From Azolla caroliniana (Eukaryota > Plantae > Polypodiophyta), in NCBI GenBank assembly GCA_043228905.1, contig JBHGNT010000001.1, positions 12,462,001 to 12,526,000 on the forward strand: 64,000 bases of DNA. Reading direction: 5' to 3'. A program made the position numbers and the translations under genes. Of this stretch, positions 48,514 to 62,486 are shown piece by piece. The notes beneath the pieces were generated by a model. That model was not told the DNA's origin. It made no database searches and saw only the letters and a program-made list of their open reading frames with translations. How positions within the stretch are numbered: position 1 is the stretch's first letter; the number at the start of each line of letters is the position of its first letter.

Positions 48514-48955
48514 TGTTGTCCGCCTGAATAGTAACTGACGGACAAGGGCGTAGTAATATGGAATAGAATAATATTGTAATGCATGTAAACGGTTCACGCG
48601 GGAAGCGTGAACGGCTAGAAGACCCTGCATATATAAAGGGTAGAAAACCTCTGATAGAGGTAGCGTGTAATTTTGAATGTAAAAGGCGTATCTTAATAGA
48701 GTTCTATCTTCTCTGATATTTGTGTGTATCTATGGTTAATCTACTATGTGTTTGTAATCCTTAAGAGCGTAGGCGTGAGTAACGGTGTGTGCGCTAGCCC
48801 ACTGTCTAAGGAGCTCGGTTGTAGCCGTCTCCCTTATACGCTACTAGGTTACGGGAGGTATCCTACTAAGTATTACGCATAGACGCTACCATTCGTTGTC
48901 ACTTTGAGGTCTAGGTCGAAGGACTGACCATAGACCATGTTCCTAATCGGTAACA
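48514..48955 (+). repeat. 5' LTR of gypsy H
   Basis: Repeat of 62487-62936 with TG...CA ends. Confidence 0.9.
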
Positions 48956-49222
48956 CTTTTGGCACGCCTGGTGGTCTGTGTCTTCTTATAGACGAACAAC
49001 GACGAATGGAAGTTTAGTCGCAGACGCCCTAGAGAACCAACATGATAAGACCGGCCAATCATAAGGTCCATCACACGCCAGACAGAGGAACGTGCACGGC
49101 AAAAGCCTCACCTCAGTAACCTCAGTACTATCTGTCGGGACCACAAAGACGATTTCTAGCTCTCCAAATACCTCGGCGATACACGGGAAGCGCACTCACC
49201 ACAAAAGCACTGTGGTCTTTCC

Positions 49223-51678
49223 TTGCCTGCCGTAGAACCCAGCATGACCTTTGCTTATCCCTGCTTCAACGGTGAAACTGACGCCACAACCCACATCCGA
49301 CTGTTCCTCAATATTTGGAATGCAAACCACATGGCGCAGAGCCTTTCCGAGGCAGTAGCGCATCAGTCCAAAATGACGGAGTTCGGATTAACCTTGGATG
49401 GGAGAGCGGTGTTTTGGCATTCGTAGATGGATCTGCCAGCAATCATGACCTTCGACCAGCTGCAGTCAACCTTTTTGCGGTTTTTTCATCAGAGGGTACC
49501 GCAACGCGAAATCCTCGGGCAGTTTTACACAATTAAACAGTTGCCGACCGAGACGGTCACGGATTTCAGCTTACGTTTCCAAAATCTACGGCGGAAATTA
49601 GAACGAGGCCCGACGAAGGATGAGGCTAGGGAGACATTTTTTCAACAACAATAGCGTGAAAGGGAAAACGGCCGATATGGTCATAGAAAGAGCGCTATAG
49701 CTCGAGCTAGACAAAGAAGAGCAAAGGTTTTCCATGTCCTCATTACGACAAGTGTTACCTCAGGATGAGGAACGACATTTTCGTCAAGCGATCCAGTGCA
49801 CGATTTGCTTGAATTCGGGGCATTCCGCAGTTGAATGCAACATGCGAATCCACTGTCCTATCTGTCACTCGAAAACTCACATAGTTGAGCAGTGCAACTA
49901 CAATATGTTGAACAGAGCCACGCCCACAGTACGCAACGTGGACACACAGCATCCCCCACTCCGTAATGAACAAAGGCGGTAGGAAGATAGACCACGGTAT
50001 ATGGATCGCAATCCACGCGATGACCGGCTCTACCGGAATCGTCGGAATCACAACGATTCCGAGGAAGACGAGCCGGAGGATGAAGACTACCGTGGGAACC
50101 CCAGAAATACTAAAGGGGGCCGACGCTATGAGAATTACAGTCCGACGAACAAACGTGGCGGCAATATTGGGACCAATGGCGATACGACGAAAGTTCGGAC
50201 AATGACCAACACCAGGAACCACGCCGGGACCAACAACAACCACCGCGTACGCTCCGACGAACGAATCAGGACTGGGAGGAGCAAGTCACACGTAGGGATC
50301 AACACACACCACCGAGGGCCGAGAAGGGCGAATCTAGTATCCATTGTTTTGTTTGTCAACAACCCAGACATTATGCCACACAATACCTAGTACGCAAGGG
50401 CAAGGGGCCTGTGGTCAATATGATTACAACGAAAGTACAGCAAGTCACAACACGTCAGCAAACAAAAACTGCTGATTGGGCCGCGCAATATGAGATATGG
50501 CGGACAACCCAGACATGGGTTGAAAAAGCAAATGCGACAAATACGGAGCGCATGCGAAAGGAGTTTGCAAACACGATGGAGCTATTGGAGGACGAGGGAC
50601 CATCCCCGAACCCCATATGACAAGCAATGACAGGCTGCGAGATAACGTTAAGCATGGAGAAGCTGTTGCAACTAGTCCCACGATTCCGCTAGGCCATGGA
50701 AGAGCGGGTGACGGGAAAGCCTGGGGTAAGCGTCGCCGCGAATTTTACGGACATTAGCGACGGACCGACAGTAGTGGATCACCACAACCCGACTATTAAG
50801 TTGATATTACACAGTCAGGAAATCTCACGATGCGTAATCGATGGCGGCTCGGGCGTTAATGTAATTAGTGCGAAGACATGCGAACAATTGGGAATTTCAG
50901 AATGGGAAGCTTGCCCGTTCTGGCTCCGCATGGCGGATACCCGCTCAGTACGACCATTGGGGTTGATACGCAAGGTAGGCATTATCGTGGGAGGACATCG
51001 CTTTGACATCTCAGCGGTAGTCCTCGCCCTTGACGCCCTAGGGGTGTATCCTATGCTGCTGGACAGACCCTGGCTTCGTTCAGCGAATATCAAGCAGACC
51101 TAGAAACACAAGTGTACCAGCTTTCAACGCGGATGCACCAAGGTCCGCGTACCAACAGAGGAAATGGCAACACAACACCATTGTACGCGGAGGATATAAA
51201 TATGTTGGCTGGGGTAGATGATACAGAATTAGAGGCATACCTAGACGAGCACCCTCGGATTATTCCGCTGTTCGAAATCGACGTCATCGAAACCGTGACG
51301 GAATATGCCACGCCCGCTACACTCCACGACGAGGCTTATGAACCAAACCCAAAGTCAATATTAGAACTAAGCAGAGCACGGGCAGCGTTCGAGAGGGAAA
51401 TGGAAATTTCACGGCGAGTCACAGCCTCAACCCTGGAAGAAGTAAACGTGGGTACGACGTCAGAACCCCGTTTCCTCTCCATCGCAAAAGAATTAATGTC
51501 GGACCAAAGAGACGTGATGATAGCACTACTCAAGAAGTATAAAGATGTGTTCGCCTGGGCCCATGAGGACATGAAGGGGTTAGATCTGAAGTTCTATAAA
51601 CATAAGATCAATTTAGCGACCAATGTGAAACTGGTCCAGCAGCGTCGATACCGCATGAACCCAAACTACGCGGCCTGC
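49223..51678 (+). pseudogene. Gypsy H gag, protease and RT start
   Basis: CTICLNSGH and CPICHSKTH knuckles, CVIDGGSGVN, MLLDRPWL, KYKDVFAW, RMNPNYAA. Confidence 0.82.
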
Positions 51679-54600
51679 TGTCGCGTTGTTACGCGCGTGC
51701 GTGGAGAAAGGCGGGACCACGGGGGTCTTGGACTAGGGAGTGACGGAGCGTAGGAAGTCGTGCTTCACCGTTTCCGGGGATCCCAGAAGAACACCGGAAG
51801 CGGCCGAAGGGAGAGAGAGAAAGAGAGGGAGCGCGCGCTTAACAACGACTCACGCACACACACACACACACACACACATGCCGACCCGACTCACGCCCTT
51901 ATGTACAGGAAACGCAGGAAGGGGGAAGCACCCGACACCAACAGAGACGCGAATATACACAGACAGACGCAAATATACATATATAAGAGGAAGAATACAT
52001 TCCCGGCTTCGAGCCGGACCAAGGTAGGTTACAATAGTCGTCAGCTGCCAAGCCGCCGGTCGGGGAGCTCACGAGCTCGTCGCACTGAGCGGGGTCTTGT
52101 GCAGGAGAGGAGCTGAAGCCAACCCTAAGCGAACACGAAGGGGGAGAAGAAGAAGAAGAAGAAGAAGAAGAAGTGTAACTAACCCTAAATCTAACGGTAT
52201 ACCCTCTAACGCAAAATGGGCAACCTCTTCACAAAGGGCACCCCCTTCCTTTTATAGAACAAGGAGAGGGATGCGTTACAATGTGGGATAAATCCCGACT
52301 TACATGGGATCGTCTGTCCTGACTTGACTACTCTTCGGCGCCATAAAGGCGCCCTCGTTATTCACACTAAATGTACATGGGTGCGTACACACGCTACACC
52401 CCGCCGATGTAGCCAATGTTTCCCGGTTTCTGCCTTTGGCCGAAATTCTTCACGACATCCGCCCCCACCTAACCGCACGTCCACCGGTACGTGCCAAATC
52501 CGGTGAAGGGTGAGAGATTTCGGCCGGTGAGAAACCGGTCTTCCGTGATCCGCATCCTGACTCGCTGTCGGTTTGATCTGTCGGCTTCGATTCTTCCTTC
52601 GGGCTTACCTCCCCGTAGGCTCATTCGACCCGTCGATGGGTCCTCTGCCGCGATCTCCGTAGTACACGTACTTCCGTTGGCCCTTGTTCGGCCGTATGAA
52701 CGCCCTGCTTCCCGCCGTATGCCCGATGTCCTCCGCTTGAGGCATGCCCGTAGTGGCCCTCTTGGCCTCCGTTGACCATTCGTGATGTCCTAATTGCCAT
52801 CCCATGCTGCCTCGCGTTGCCTTCATCACCTCGCCGCCACCGTCAGTATCTTGGTCTTACGTCGACCGCGTTGCCGACTGCCGAAGTCTCTAGAACCGGT
52901 TTGAAGGATCCTCCTTGGGCCTTCTACGCGCTACCTCCGAACCGCGCAACCCATCTCTGTGCTCGCCTTTCCGCTCCGGCACCTCCGTGTGCCACATTCA
53001 CTCGTCCGTTGTTTGACACTGGCTGTGCCGTACTCCGGTTCATTGCACGACTTGTCGGCCCGTTTCCCGGCCAGATCGCGCATCGCCACTCACCCGCATA
53101 CTAGTGTCCTCCGCACCCGAGGAACAGCCTGTGGTAGCCCGCTTGGCCCTTCCCGTCTTCGTGCTGCTGCAACAGGTCCTGAGTCTTCCGCTTGCCGTCG
53201 TGCCCTCGCCCCCACCAGCTTGTCATCCCGGCTGGCCGTGTCAGTCTTGGCTACTTCGACGGAGCTACCGAGATCTACGAAGCAAATGTGGAGGATCCTC
53301 CTCCGGCCTCTCTTGCCGACCCTGTGCAGTCCACTAGGCACTTGTCACCTCGTTCCCGACACCTCCCTTGTGCCGTCTTCCGCTTCCTTTGTCCGGCACC
53401 GCCCGTGCCGAACACTGTCCCATAGTCACGCTTCGATCCGGCCCGCGATGGCCACTTGCGAGACTCTAGTTCAGTCCTAGGTGTGCCTTTCCGGCCCGAC
53501 ACACCTCCTTGTGTTTGCCCCTACCAGCTACTTCCGAAACCGTAACCGGCTGGTGAGGGTTTCGCACTTCGTCTGCCCTGTCTTACCGACTCTCGGTCCG
53601 CTACCTCGTGTCATTGGGTCCCGTTCCCTGCCGCCACCGTCCTTCTCCCTAGGTCTCACGTTGCCACGTTGGTCAAACTGCCGGAGTCTCCGGATCGGTG
53701 TGAGGGTCCCATAGGACCTGTCTTTGTTTCGTCACTTGCCGAGATCTGGGTGTCTTTTGTCGGAGTCCTCCACGACTCTCCTCGTGTCTTCCGCGTAGTC
53801 GGGTCCCATTTCCCGCCGCAACCAACCTTCTCTCTCGGTCTCATGTTGCCACGTTGGCCGAACTGCCAGAGTCTCTGGATCGGTGTGAGGATCCCATAGG
53901 ACCTGACTTCCTTACGCCCACTGACCTTGCCGGAAGGTCCGATTTGGTTCGTGGCCGCCTCACCGGCCTGATACCTCCTTGCCGTTCGTCACCTCCTGTC
54001 GTCCGATCACGTTCTCCTGCCGCCACCAATCTTCCCTATAGGACTCACGCCGGCTCTCGGGCCGATCGCCGGATCGGTGTGAGGATCTCCGTAGACCGCC
54101 CATCTGTAGCCCTTTTGCCTTCGTCACCTCGCCGCCACCATCAGTATCTTGGTCTTACGTCGACCTCATTGCCGACTGCTGAAGTCTCTAGAACCGGTGT
54201 GAAGGATCCTCCTTGGGCGTTCGCCGCCTCCTGTCGTCCGATCACGTTCTCCTGCCGCCACTGATCTTCCCTATAGGACTCACGCCGGCTCTCGGGCCGA
54301 CCGCCGGATCGGTGTGAGGATCTCCGTAGACCGCCCATCCGTAGCCCTTTTGCCTTCGTCACCTCGCCGCCACCGTCAGTATCTTGTTCTTACGCCGACC
54401 GCGTTGCCGACTGCCGAAGTCTCTAGAACCGGTGTGAAGGATCCTCCTTGGGCGTTCGTCGCCTTCTTGACCCTATCCCGGGTCGTCCTTTTCCGCATGC
54501 CGAGAGGGCGTTTTGTTCCGCACCCTCTCCCGTGGTACCGACGTATCGTCTCCTCGGCCTCTCCGTAGGCCTGCTCTCTTCCTCCCTCCCGGAATGGTCA

Positions 54601-56961
54601 TCCGGGAGTCCGCTCTGCCCGGTTCTCATCCAGGTCGGTTCGTCCTTCTAACTCTCGACCTTCGCCCGGTCAGTCTTTCTCCCCATGTAAAAGAGGGCGG
54701 CTCGTCCCGCACCCTCTCCCGTATCGGCACCTTTATGCCGAATCCGGCCCCGATCGAACAATCCACGACCGGATTACGCTCCATCCGAATCGGAATGCCG
54801 ATCTTTTCGTACCGCCTCCTCGCAAGTCGTTCCCCATCCGTCTTCGGTGGCATCGTGCTAGGACTCCTCGGTGCCGCCATCCATCTCCTCGGTCTTACAT
54901 GGGCATACGGGCCCGAATGCCGAGATCTCCGGAATCGGGTCCGTGGGCTTTCGTCCGCTCCTTCCCCGTATCGTCTCGCCGGTGATTCTTGGTCTTTCGC
55001 CGCCGCCTTCCTCCGCTTGGGACTCACGTGGGCACTCGGGCCCGACTGCCATCGTCTCGGGAGGAAGTGTGGGAAGACACAAAGAATCGCCCGTCCGTTT
55101 TATGCTCTTGTCCGTAGTCACCGGATCTTCGTGGTCGTTGGTCGACTCTTTACCGATCGCGCAAGCCCCACCTGGGCTTGCTTGTCCATTGTCTGGGGTC
55201 TCGGGCTGACACGCCCGAAACCGCTGGTCCCAACGTTCCGATTCCGCAATCGGTATCTCGGCCTCGTTCTTGGCCGTTCTATCTCTGCAAGTCGAGAGGG
55301 CGTTTTGTTCCGCACCCTCTCCCGTGGTACTATCGTACCGATCTTCCGTCGTCGCGTGGGGCAAGTCTGTCTCCTTAGTCCGGGCTTGCGGCCTCGATCT
55401 TTCCTCTTCCTCGAGCATCGCCTCGAGAGCTGCGTACACCTCCGCAATCCGGGCCTCCATGCCGGCCCTTGCCAACTCCCTTTGTTGTTCGGCCTCTTCC
55501 CGCTATGATGGCACGACGTCGCGCGCCCTCCTCTTAGCCTTCTCGGCTCGCTCATCGTCTAGTCGTTGGCACACCCTTCCGACCTTCGACTAGTCCTCCG
55601 TAAGCCCATTCGCTCCGTCATCGTCTTCGAGCTCAATCCCGACGGCCTCCCGTTCCGCTCGGTCGATCGACATGACGAACAATAGGACCTTCAGGAGCGC
55701 CCACCAAACCTTGTTCCCGCTCCGGGAGGCGAGCAAGTCGTCGCTCGAACTCTCAGAACGCCTTCGTTGCGCCCCAGTGGGTCTTTGCCGATGCTACCCA
55801 CTGGTCGAAGTCGTTTCGTCGCCGGCTCTTCCGCCGTCCTCCGTATGCCTTCAGGAGCGCCTCTTCGAAGGCCTCCCCCGAACTATGAGCCTCACGGAGC
55901 TCCTTTACTTCCGCATGCATCCGGACTGCTACGACCCGACAGAAGAACTCCAGCCTCAACGCCTCGTCTACGCCGCGCTCCTCCATTTCCGCGTTGTAGG
56001 CTTCCAAGTAAGATGGGACTCTGTCCCCGCTGAAACGGTCGACTCCTTGGACCACTCGCTCAACCGATTGTTGCGCTCCTTCTCGCCTCATCATCACCCG
56101 TGCCGACTCCAACACCACTTCCGCCACCATCACCGCGAGGTCGTCGTCTTCCGACTCCATCCTCCCTTGCCGCCTTTCACGTCGGGTTCACCAAAGATGT
56201 CGCGTTGTTACGCGCGTGCGTGGAGAAAGGCAGGACCACGGGGGTCTTGGACTAGGGAGTGACGGAGTGTAGGAAGTCGTGCTTCACCGTTTCCGGGGAT
56301 CCCAGAAGAACACCAGAAGCGACCGAAGGGAGAGAGAGAAAGAGAGGGAGCGCGCACTTAACACCGACTCACGCACACACACGCACACACACACACATGC
56401 CAACCCGACTCACGCCCTTATGTACAGGAAACGCAGGAAGGGGGAAGCACCCGACACCAACAGAGACGCGAATATACACAGACAGACGCAAATATACATA
56501 TATAAGAGGAAGAATACATTCTCGGCTTCGAGCCGGACCAAGGTAGGTTACAATAGTCGTCAGCTGCCAAGCCGTCGATCGGGGAGCTCACGGGCTCGTC
56601 GCGCCGAGCGGGGTCTTGCGCAGGAGAGGAGCTGAAGCCAACCCTAAGCGAACACGAAGGGGGAGAAGAAGAACAAGTGTAACTAACCCTAAATCTAACG
56701 GTATACCCTCTAACGCAAAATGGGCAACCTCTTCACAAAGGGCACCCCCTTCCTTTTATAGAACAAGGAGAGGGATGTGTTACAATGTGGGATAAATCCT
56801 GACTTACATGGGATCGTCTGTCCCGACTTGACTACTCCTCGGCGCCATAAAGGCGCCCTCGTTATTCACACTAAATGTACATGGGTGCGTACACACGCTG
56901 CACCCCGCCGATGTAGCCAATGTTTCCCGGTTTCCGCCTCTGGCCGAAATTCTTCACGACA
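51679..56961 (-). mobile_element. Non-autonomous gag-only LTR element 'J' related to gypsy B
   Basis: LTRs 51679-52457 and 56198-56961; TSD CTGC/CCGC; tRNA-Trp PBS TGGTGAACCCGACGTGA at 56177-56193; PPT next to 52457; gag-like ORF only, no RT or integrase motifs seen. Confidence 0.88.
54858..56160 (-). pseudogene. Gag-like coding region of J
   Basis: VDRFSGDRVPSYLEAYNAEM aligns by eye with gypsy B gag MGRFNGRDITSYLDAYKAEM; continues with frameshifts into a charged low-complexity region. Confidence 0.7.
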
Positions 56962-59690
56962 CCGCATAAAAGAAGAAATTGACAAACTCCTCAAGGCGGG
57001 ATTCATACGGCCAGTTAAACAAGCTACTGGTTAAGCTCGATCGTAATCGTACCAAAGAAACATGGCAAAATATGGGTATGCATGGACTACCGAAAATTAA
57101 ACGCCGTAACCATTACGGACGCATTCCCTTTACCTTTCACCGATAGCGTACTGCACGCCGTCGTGGGGCATGACATGTACAATTTTTTAGATGGCTTCAG
57201 TGGGTACAACCAAGTATGCATGCACCCCGACGACCAAGAGAAGATGGCGTTTGTCACAGATTGGGGAGTCTATGTTGCAGTCGTCATGATGTTCGGGCTA
57301 AAGACGGCGCCTGCAACATTTCAACGGACAATCACTGCGATTTTTGGGGAATATATTCCGGCCTTCATGCAAGTTTTTTTAGACGATTTTGCGGTATATG
57401 GGAGAACAACCGACCATTTTACGCATATGCAACTGTGCCTAGAACGTTGCCGCACCACACCCTTAAGCCTGAATCCTGCCAAATGTGCCTTCGGCATTAC
57501 CAACGGGGCTCTCCTCGGCCATATAGTCCGCAAGGAAGGGATAGCATTCGATCCGAATAAAATCTCCGTGATTACCAAAGCGAAAACGCCAGCAAGCGCG
57601 AAATCAGTCAACCATTTTTTAGGACAAATATGATGGCATAATCGGATGATACGCTATTTGGTGGACTCCGCCACGCCGTTACATGCCGTCGTTCATCGGA
57701 CTCCCTTCCAATGGATAGCTACGGAGGAAAAGGCATATGATGCACTAAAGGTAATGCTAACGCAAGCACCTATCGTACAACCACCAGTTTGGGCGAAGCC
57801 ATTCGACGTGTTCGTAGGTAGTGCGCTAATGCAGCTCACGGAGCCAAATTATGCTAGTCGGAAATTATCAACGACTGAGCGTAACTATTCCACAACAGAA
57901 CGTGAGGCGTTGGGGATGATCTACAGCATCAATAAGTTCCGGCATTATCTGCTAGGGCGGAAATTCACGTTTCACGTGGATCATTCGGCGTTGCTGTATC
58001 TGGTGGAGAAACAAGCGCTGACAGGGAAATTGGCGAGATGGATGTTGTTGCTTCAAGAATTCGACTTTTTAATTCAGCACCGCCCGGGTACGCAACACGC
58101 AGTGGCAGATTTTTTGAGCAGACTCGAAAATGGAGAAACGGCGCAGAGGGATGACGATGACTTTCCGGATGTAGACATTCTACGGGTAGCAGCACTAGCA
58201 GAACGAACGGAAAAGACTTTCCCGGATAGGTGGCTTATGGAAATGACCTACTTCCGGACCAGGGGTTACTACCACCCCAATTACGGACGGATGAGAAAAA
58301 ACGGTTGGTCGTTCGGAGTTGAAATTTCTGTTTAGTGGAAAACATACTATACCACAAGGGCAGTGACGACATCTGGAGGCGTGGAATACGACAAGATGAG
58401 AAGGTCGTGGTTCTACAAGAAGCCCATTGTGGTAGGGCGGGAGGACATTACATTGGCGATGTTACGGCCCGGAAAATTTGGCAAGCAATATTGTCGTGGC
58501 CAATGACGCAAAACGACGCGTATGAATATTGCAGACAGTGCGGTTTATGCCAACGACTAGGCCAACCCATAGAAGTCGCAAGAATGCCACATCAACCAGT
58601 GTTGCCACTAGATCCTTTCCATAAGTGGGGGTTAGATTTCGTAGGACCTTTTACCTCCGCGGCTGCTCGAACAGGCAATAAGTATATCCTGGTGGCTACG
58701 GATTATTGCACCAAGTGGGTAGAAGCGAAACCACTACGCGAGAATATTGCGGCAATCACGGCGAAATTCCTGTACGAACACATCTGGTGTCATTTCGGCT
58801 GCCCTATTGAGCTCATTAGTGACCAAGGGAGTCACTTTCTGAATACAGTCATCAGCGAACTGACCCAACATTACGCAGTGGTGCACAAGAAAAGTACGTC
58901 GTTTTATCCACTGGCAAATGGCTTTGCGGAATCCTTGAACAAAATCCTCCAAGTGGGTAACTGCACCAAGTGGATAGAAGTGAAACCACTACGCGAGAAT
59001 ATTGCGGCAGTCACGGCGAAAATCCTGTACGAACACATCTGGTGTCGTTTCGGCTGCCCTATCGAGCTCATTAGTGACCAAGGGAGTCACTTTCTGAATA
59101 TAGTCATCTGCAAACTGACCCAACATTACGCGGTGGTGCACAAGAAAAGTACGTCGTATTATCTGCAGGCAAATGACTTGGCGGAATCCACGAACAAAAA
59201 CCTCCAAACTATCCTCAAAAAGATAGTCAATGAGAACAGGACGAATTGGGACACCAAGTTGCATAGCGCATTATGGGCATACCGTACCAGCTATAAGAGC
59301 AGCATACAATCAACACCGTTCAGGCTGGCATTTGTTCTAGAGGCTGTGGTGCTAGTTGAATTCCAGGTACCCAGTCCATGGATTCAAATACGAGCTCGGC
59401 TACCAGAGGGCAAATCTGCACAAATACGGTTATAGAGACTACTAGAGCTAGGAGAAACAAGGGTACGCAATGTGGCCATATTAGAGCAGGAACAGCGGCG
59501 ACACAAAGCATTTGTTGACCGACACCGGCAAGTGCGTGAAAAAGATTTTACGGTTTAAACTGGGCACGCTGGCCGGGGAAGTGTTACGACAAAAAGTGAA
59601 TGGGTTTCACCTTAAACCGTATCTGGGACCTACGCCACCTAACCCGTTCCCCGCCGAACAAGACAAAGCCGGAGAATCCATGGAGTAAGT
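56962..59690 (+). pseudogene. Gypsy H RT, RNase H and integrase (disrupted)
   Basis: Resumes in frame (YAA|RIKEEIDKLL); DYRKLN, FLDD, WGLDFVGP, SDQGSHF. Confidence 0.9.
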
Positions 59691-59949
59691 AGATGGCCCC
59701 ACTTGTATTATAATGTAAAAATAGTCTTGTATGTAACTGTTACAAAAAAAAAAGAAAAAAGGAAGAGAAGATAGCGACACTATTAAAAGGACTTAAGGCA
59801 TGCACAGACTTCTAGACTAAGAACACACGGCACCACGATGGCTCACCGACCAATGAACCCTAGGCCACAAAAAGAAGGAAATAGAAGGTTTTTTGCACAA
59901 TACAGAAATCAACCTTCTAACTCTTAGCGCTCTCATCACTCCCCTTCCT

Positions 59950-62300
59950 CACCCTCTTCTCCATCCTATCACAGAGCTCAAGCCCGCCCTATTCATCTCT
60001 ACCGCCTTGCGTCGATGGCTCGTGGAGAAACACTTGGATGGGTACATTAGGGTCGTTGAGGCACCTCCACACCTTGATGCACTTGACATCGCTAGAAAGC
60101 TCAACATCGACACGGTCACCAACTCATCCATCCAGAAAAAGTTGGACCTTTCATCACTGGGTGAAAGGCATTTCGAAATCCCTCATGTGGAGTCCCTGTA
60201 GAGATATTTCGGTCCATATTCATCATCCGCCAAGGCACATAGAACGAAGGAGATCCCAGATCCCTTTTTCTGCGAAATCGCCAAGTTCCTATTGGAGGTC
60301 GAATGCGTACATGTAAACACATATGGGATGCCCAAACAGAAGGCAGGTATCATCATTGATACCTTTGAAGGGTGTACGGTCGATTAGGGGGTCATTACGG
60401 GGCCGACGTTAAAGGAAGGCCTGCACGCGTATAAAGGAGGCAAAAAGCTCAGGCCTATCATACAATAGTACCTGACAATACTATTCCCACCCGGAGGTCT
60501 ACCGGCACCACAGCCCAGCAAGCCCACGCCGCCGCCTCGATCTGTGAAGCGAAGGTTAACGACGTTAGCCACCACAGAGTGGGAGGATGAAGCCCAACCC
60601 GCCCAGCCGAACACGCGAACAACGCAGGAAGAGCAGGTTGCGCGCACCAAGGAAGCGGCACCGAAGCCGAAAGCCGAACCACGACAGGAAAGCCCGAGAC
60701 CGAAAGACAGAGACTGGACAGGAAAGATGGGCAAGGGTTAGTTAAAGACGCACTCGCGGCCACGGAGACAACGACCGTGGGTGACAGCTCCACAGCTACG
60801 GAGCCCAACACCACCTTCAAAGTAATCCGGGAACCACGACCGATCATTATGGCCTAGTCACAGCGAGGGAAACCCGTATTGACGGCGGAAAGCGAGGCCC
60901 TAGCATACCCAGACATTCTGGACATATCCCATGAGTTCGGCGCACTATTACAGTTCGGAACCTCTTTTGAGCTCATGGAATTCTTGGCAACGCAACAGAT
61001 AAAAGTCTCACAACGAATGGTTGAGGAGCACACGGAGCGCCAAATGATCGAGCGCACATTAACACAAACGTTGGAAAGCGACGATAAGGACCAGTTAGCC
61101 AGAGTCAGTAGGCAGAGGAACGTCGGTATACGCCGAATGGGGATGGAACTACCCCCATTAATGCGGCCCTTATCGAAGTTCATAGGGAACCGACAAAGGT
61201 CAGCATGGGCGCCAAGGATATGGCAATTAAAAATAAAAATGTCTGGACAAAGGTTAAACTGACCCAAGCCGAGCTACAAAAGGCCAATGAACGCATCACG
61301 GAGTTGGAAAATAACGCGACTACGGTGCAACAGGCAGCTCCACCAACAACCAACGCCATCAAAGCCTTGAGGGAAGAGATTGAAGCTCAGACTGCCATTG
61401 CCTCCAAAGCAAAACAGGCCGTGCAACTAGCGGAATCTGAGATTGACCGCCTCTGCGCTGAACTTCGCCAGTCATCGGACAAAGAAAAGGACATCCGGGC
61501 CAACGGCCGAAAGGCAGTGAAGACCCTTGAAGAGAAACTGGCAGGGGAGACAGCACAGCACACCCGAATGAAAGAAGAAAATGCCCAATTATGGGAGGAA
61601 GCGAAAAAATCGAAATCTGTAGAAAAAGCACGCAATCGTTGCCCAGCCATAACAGACAACGTGCGCATCCTTCTGCTAACTAATCGGGAGAGGTTTACGG
61701 CACAATTAAAAATGGTGCTAGACAAAGGATGGATGGTGTGGGTTGCACAAGCGGCGGAATTGCATACGTATCGAGCGGACTGGGAGAACCGAAGGAAAGA
61801 CGGCTGAGGGTTCTACAAACTCAATGAGGAAAGCATTGCAGCAGTATGTGAGGACCTGGCGCAGGACTACCACATGCTAGCGGATGAACATTCTGAGGAA
61901 CTCGCGCAACTACTAGATGATTTTGGCGAAATTCCGGAGGACCTGTTTCACCAGATCACGCAAGCCTGAAGCATGCGAACAAATGAGGAATCCATCGCGA
62001 CACCAATTCCGGATACTGCTGAACAAGAGGAACCTTAGGCCATGTCACCAGAAATTACCACTACGGTGAACAACACGGAATGGCGAGCGGAGTTCCCCAC
62101 AATACCAGACAACGAAACCGCCGACCAAGAGGAACCCCACCCACCGGAGCATACGCTTACGGCCGACCGCACGGAGGACATTCCAGACCAAGAGGAACCG
62201 CAACCCCACTCCCCAGAGCGTACAACGACGGCCAACATCACGGATGAAGTGACGGACGAAACAGAGCCGTGACCTACCGCAAGCCCGCAGACGGCGGAAC
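59950..62300 (+). pseudogene. Extra sense-strand ORF region of H between pol and 3' LTR (coiled coil plus Pro/Glu/Thr-rich segments), disrupted
   Basis: Series of plus-strand ORFs (60879-61262, 61205-61807 with heptad-like composition, 62042-62272). Confidence 0.55.
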
Positions 62301-62486
62301 CAACCCCCATAGGCCAAGAAGAGCCCGTAGAACCCCGACCGGGTAACCACACAATGACGCACCTACGGGCCCTATGCCGTCCCCGTACACAGACACCGTA
62401 GTAGAACCAAACATCAGGGCCATTTTGGAGGAAGATTAAAGGGGTGGGTCCGACGTGCCATGGCACTGTCCCACAAGCGTGCCAGG

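Noticed and set aside
52491-55593. Many plus-strand ORFs inside J
   Set aside because: GC-rich antisense or repeat-derived frames with no recognisable motifs.
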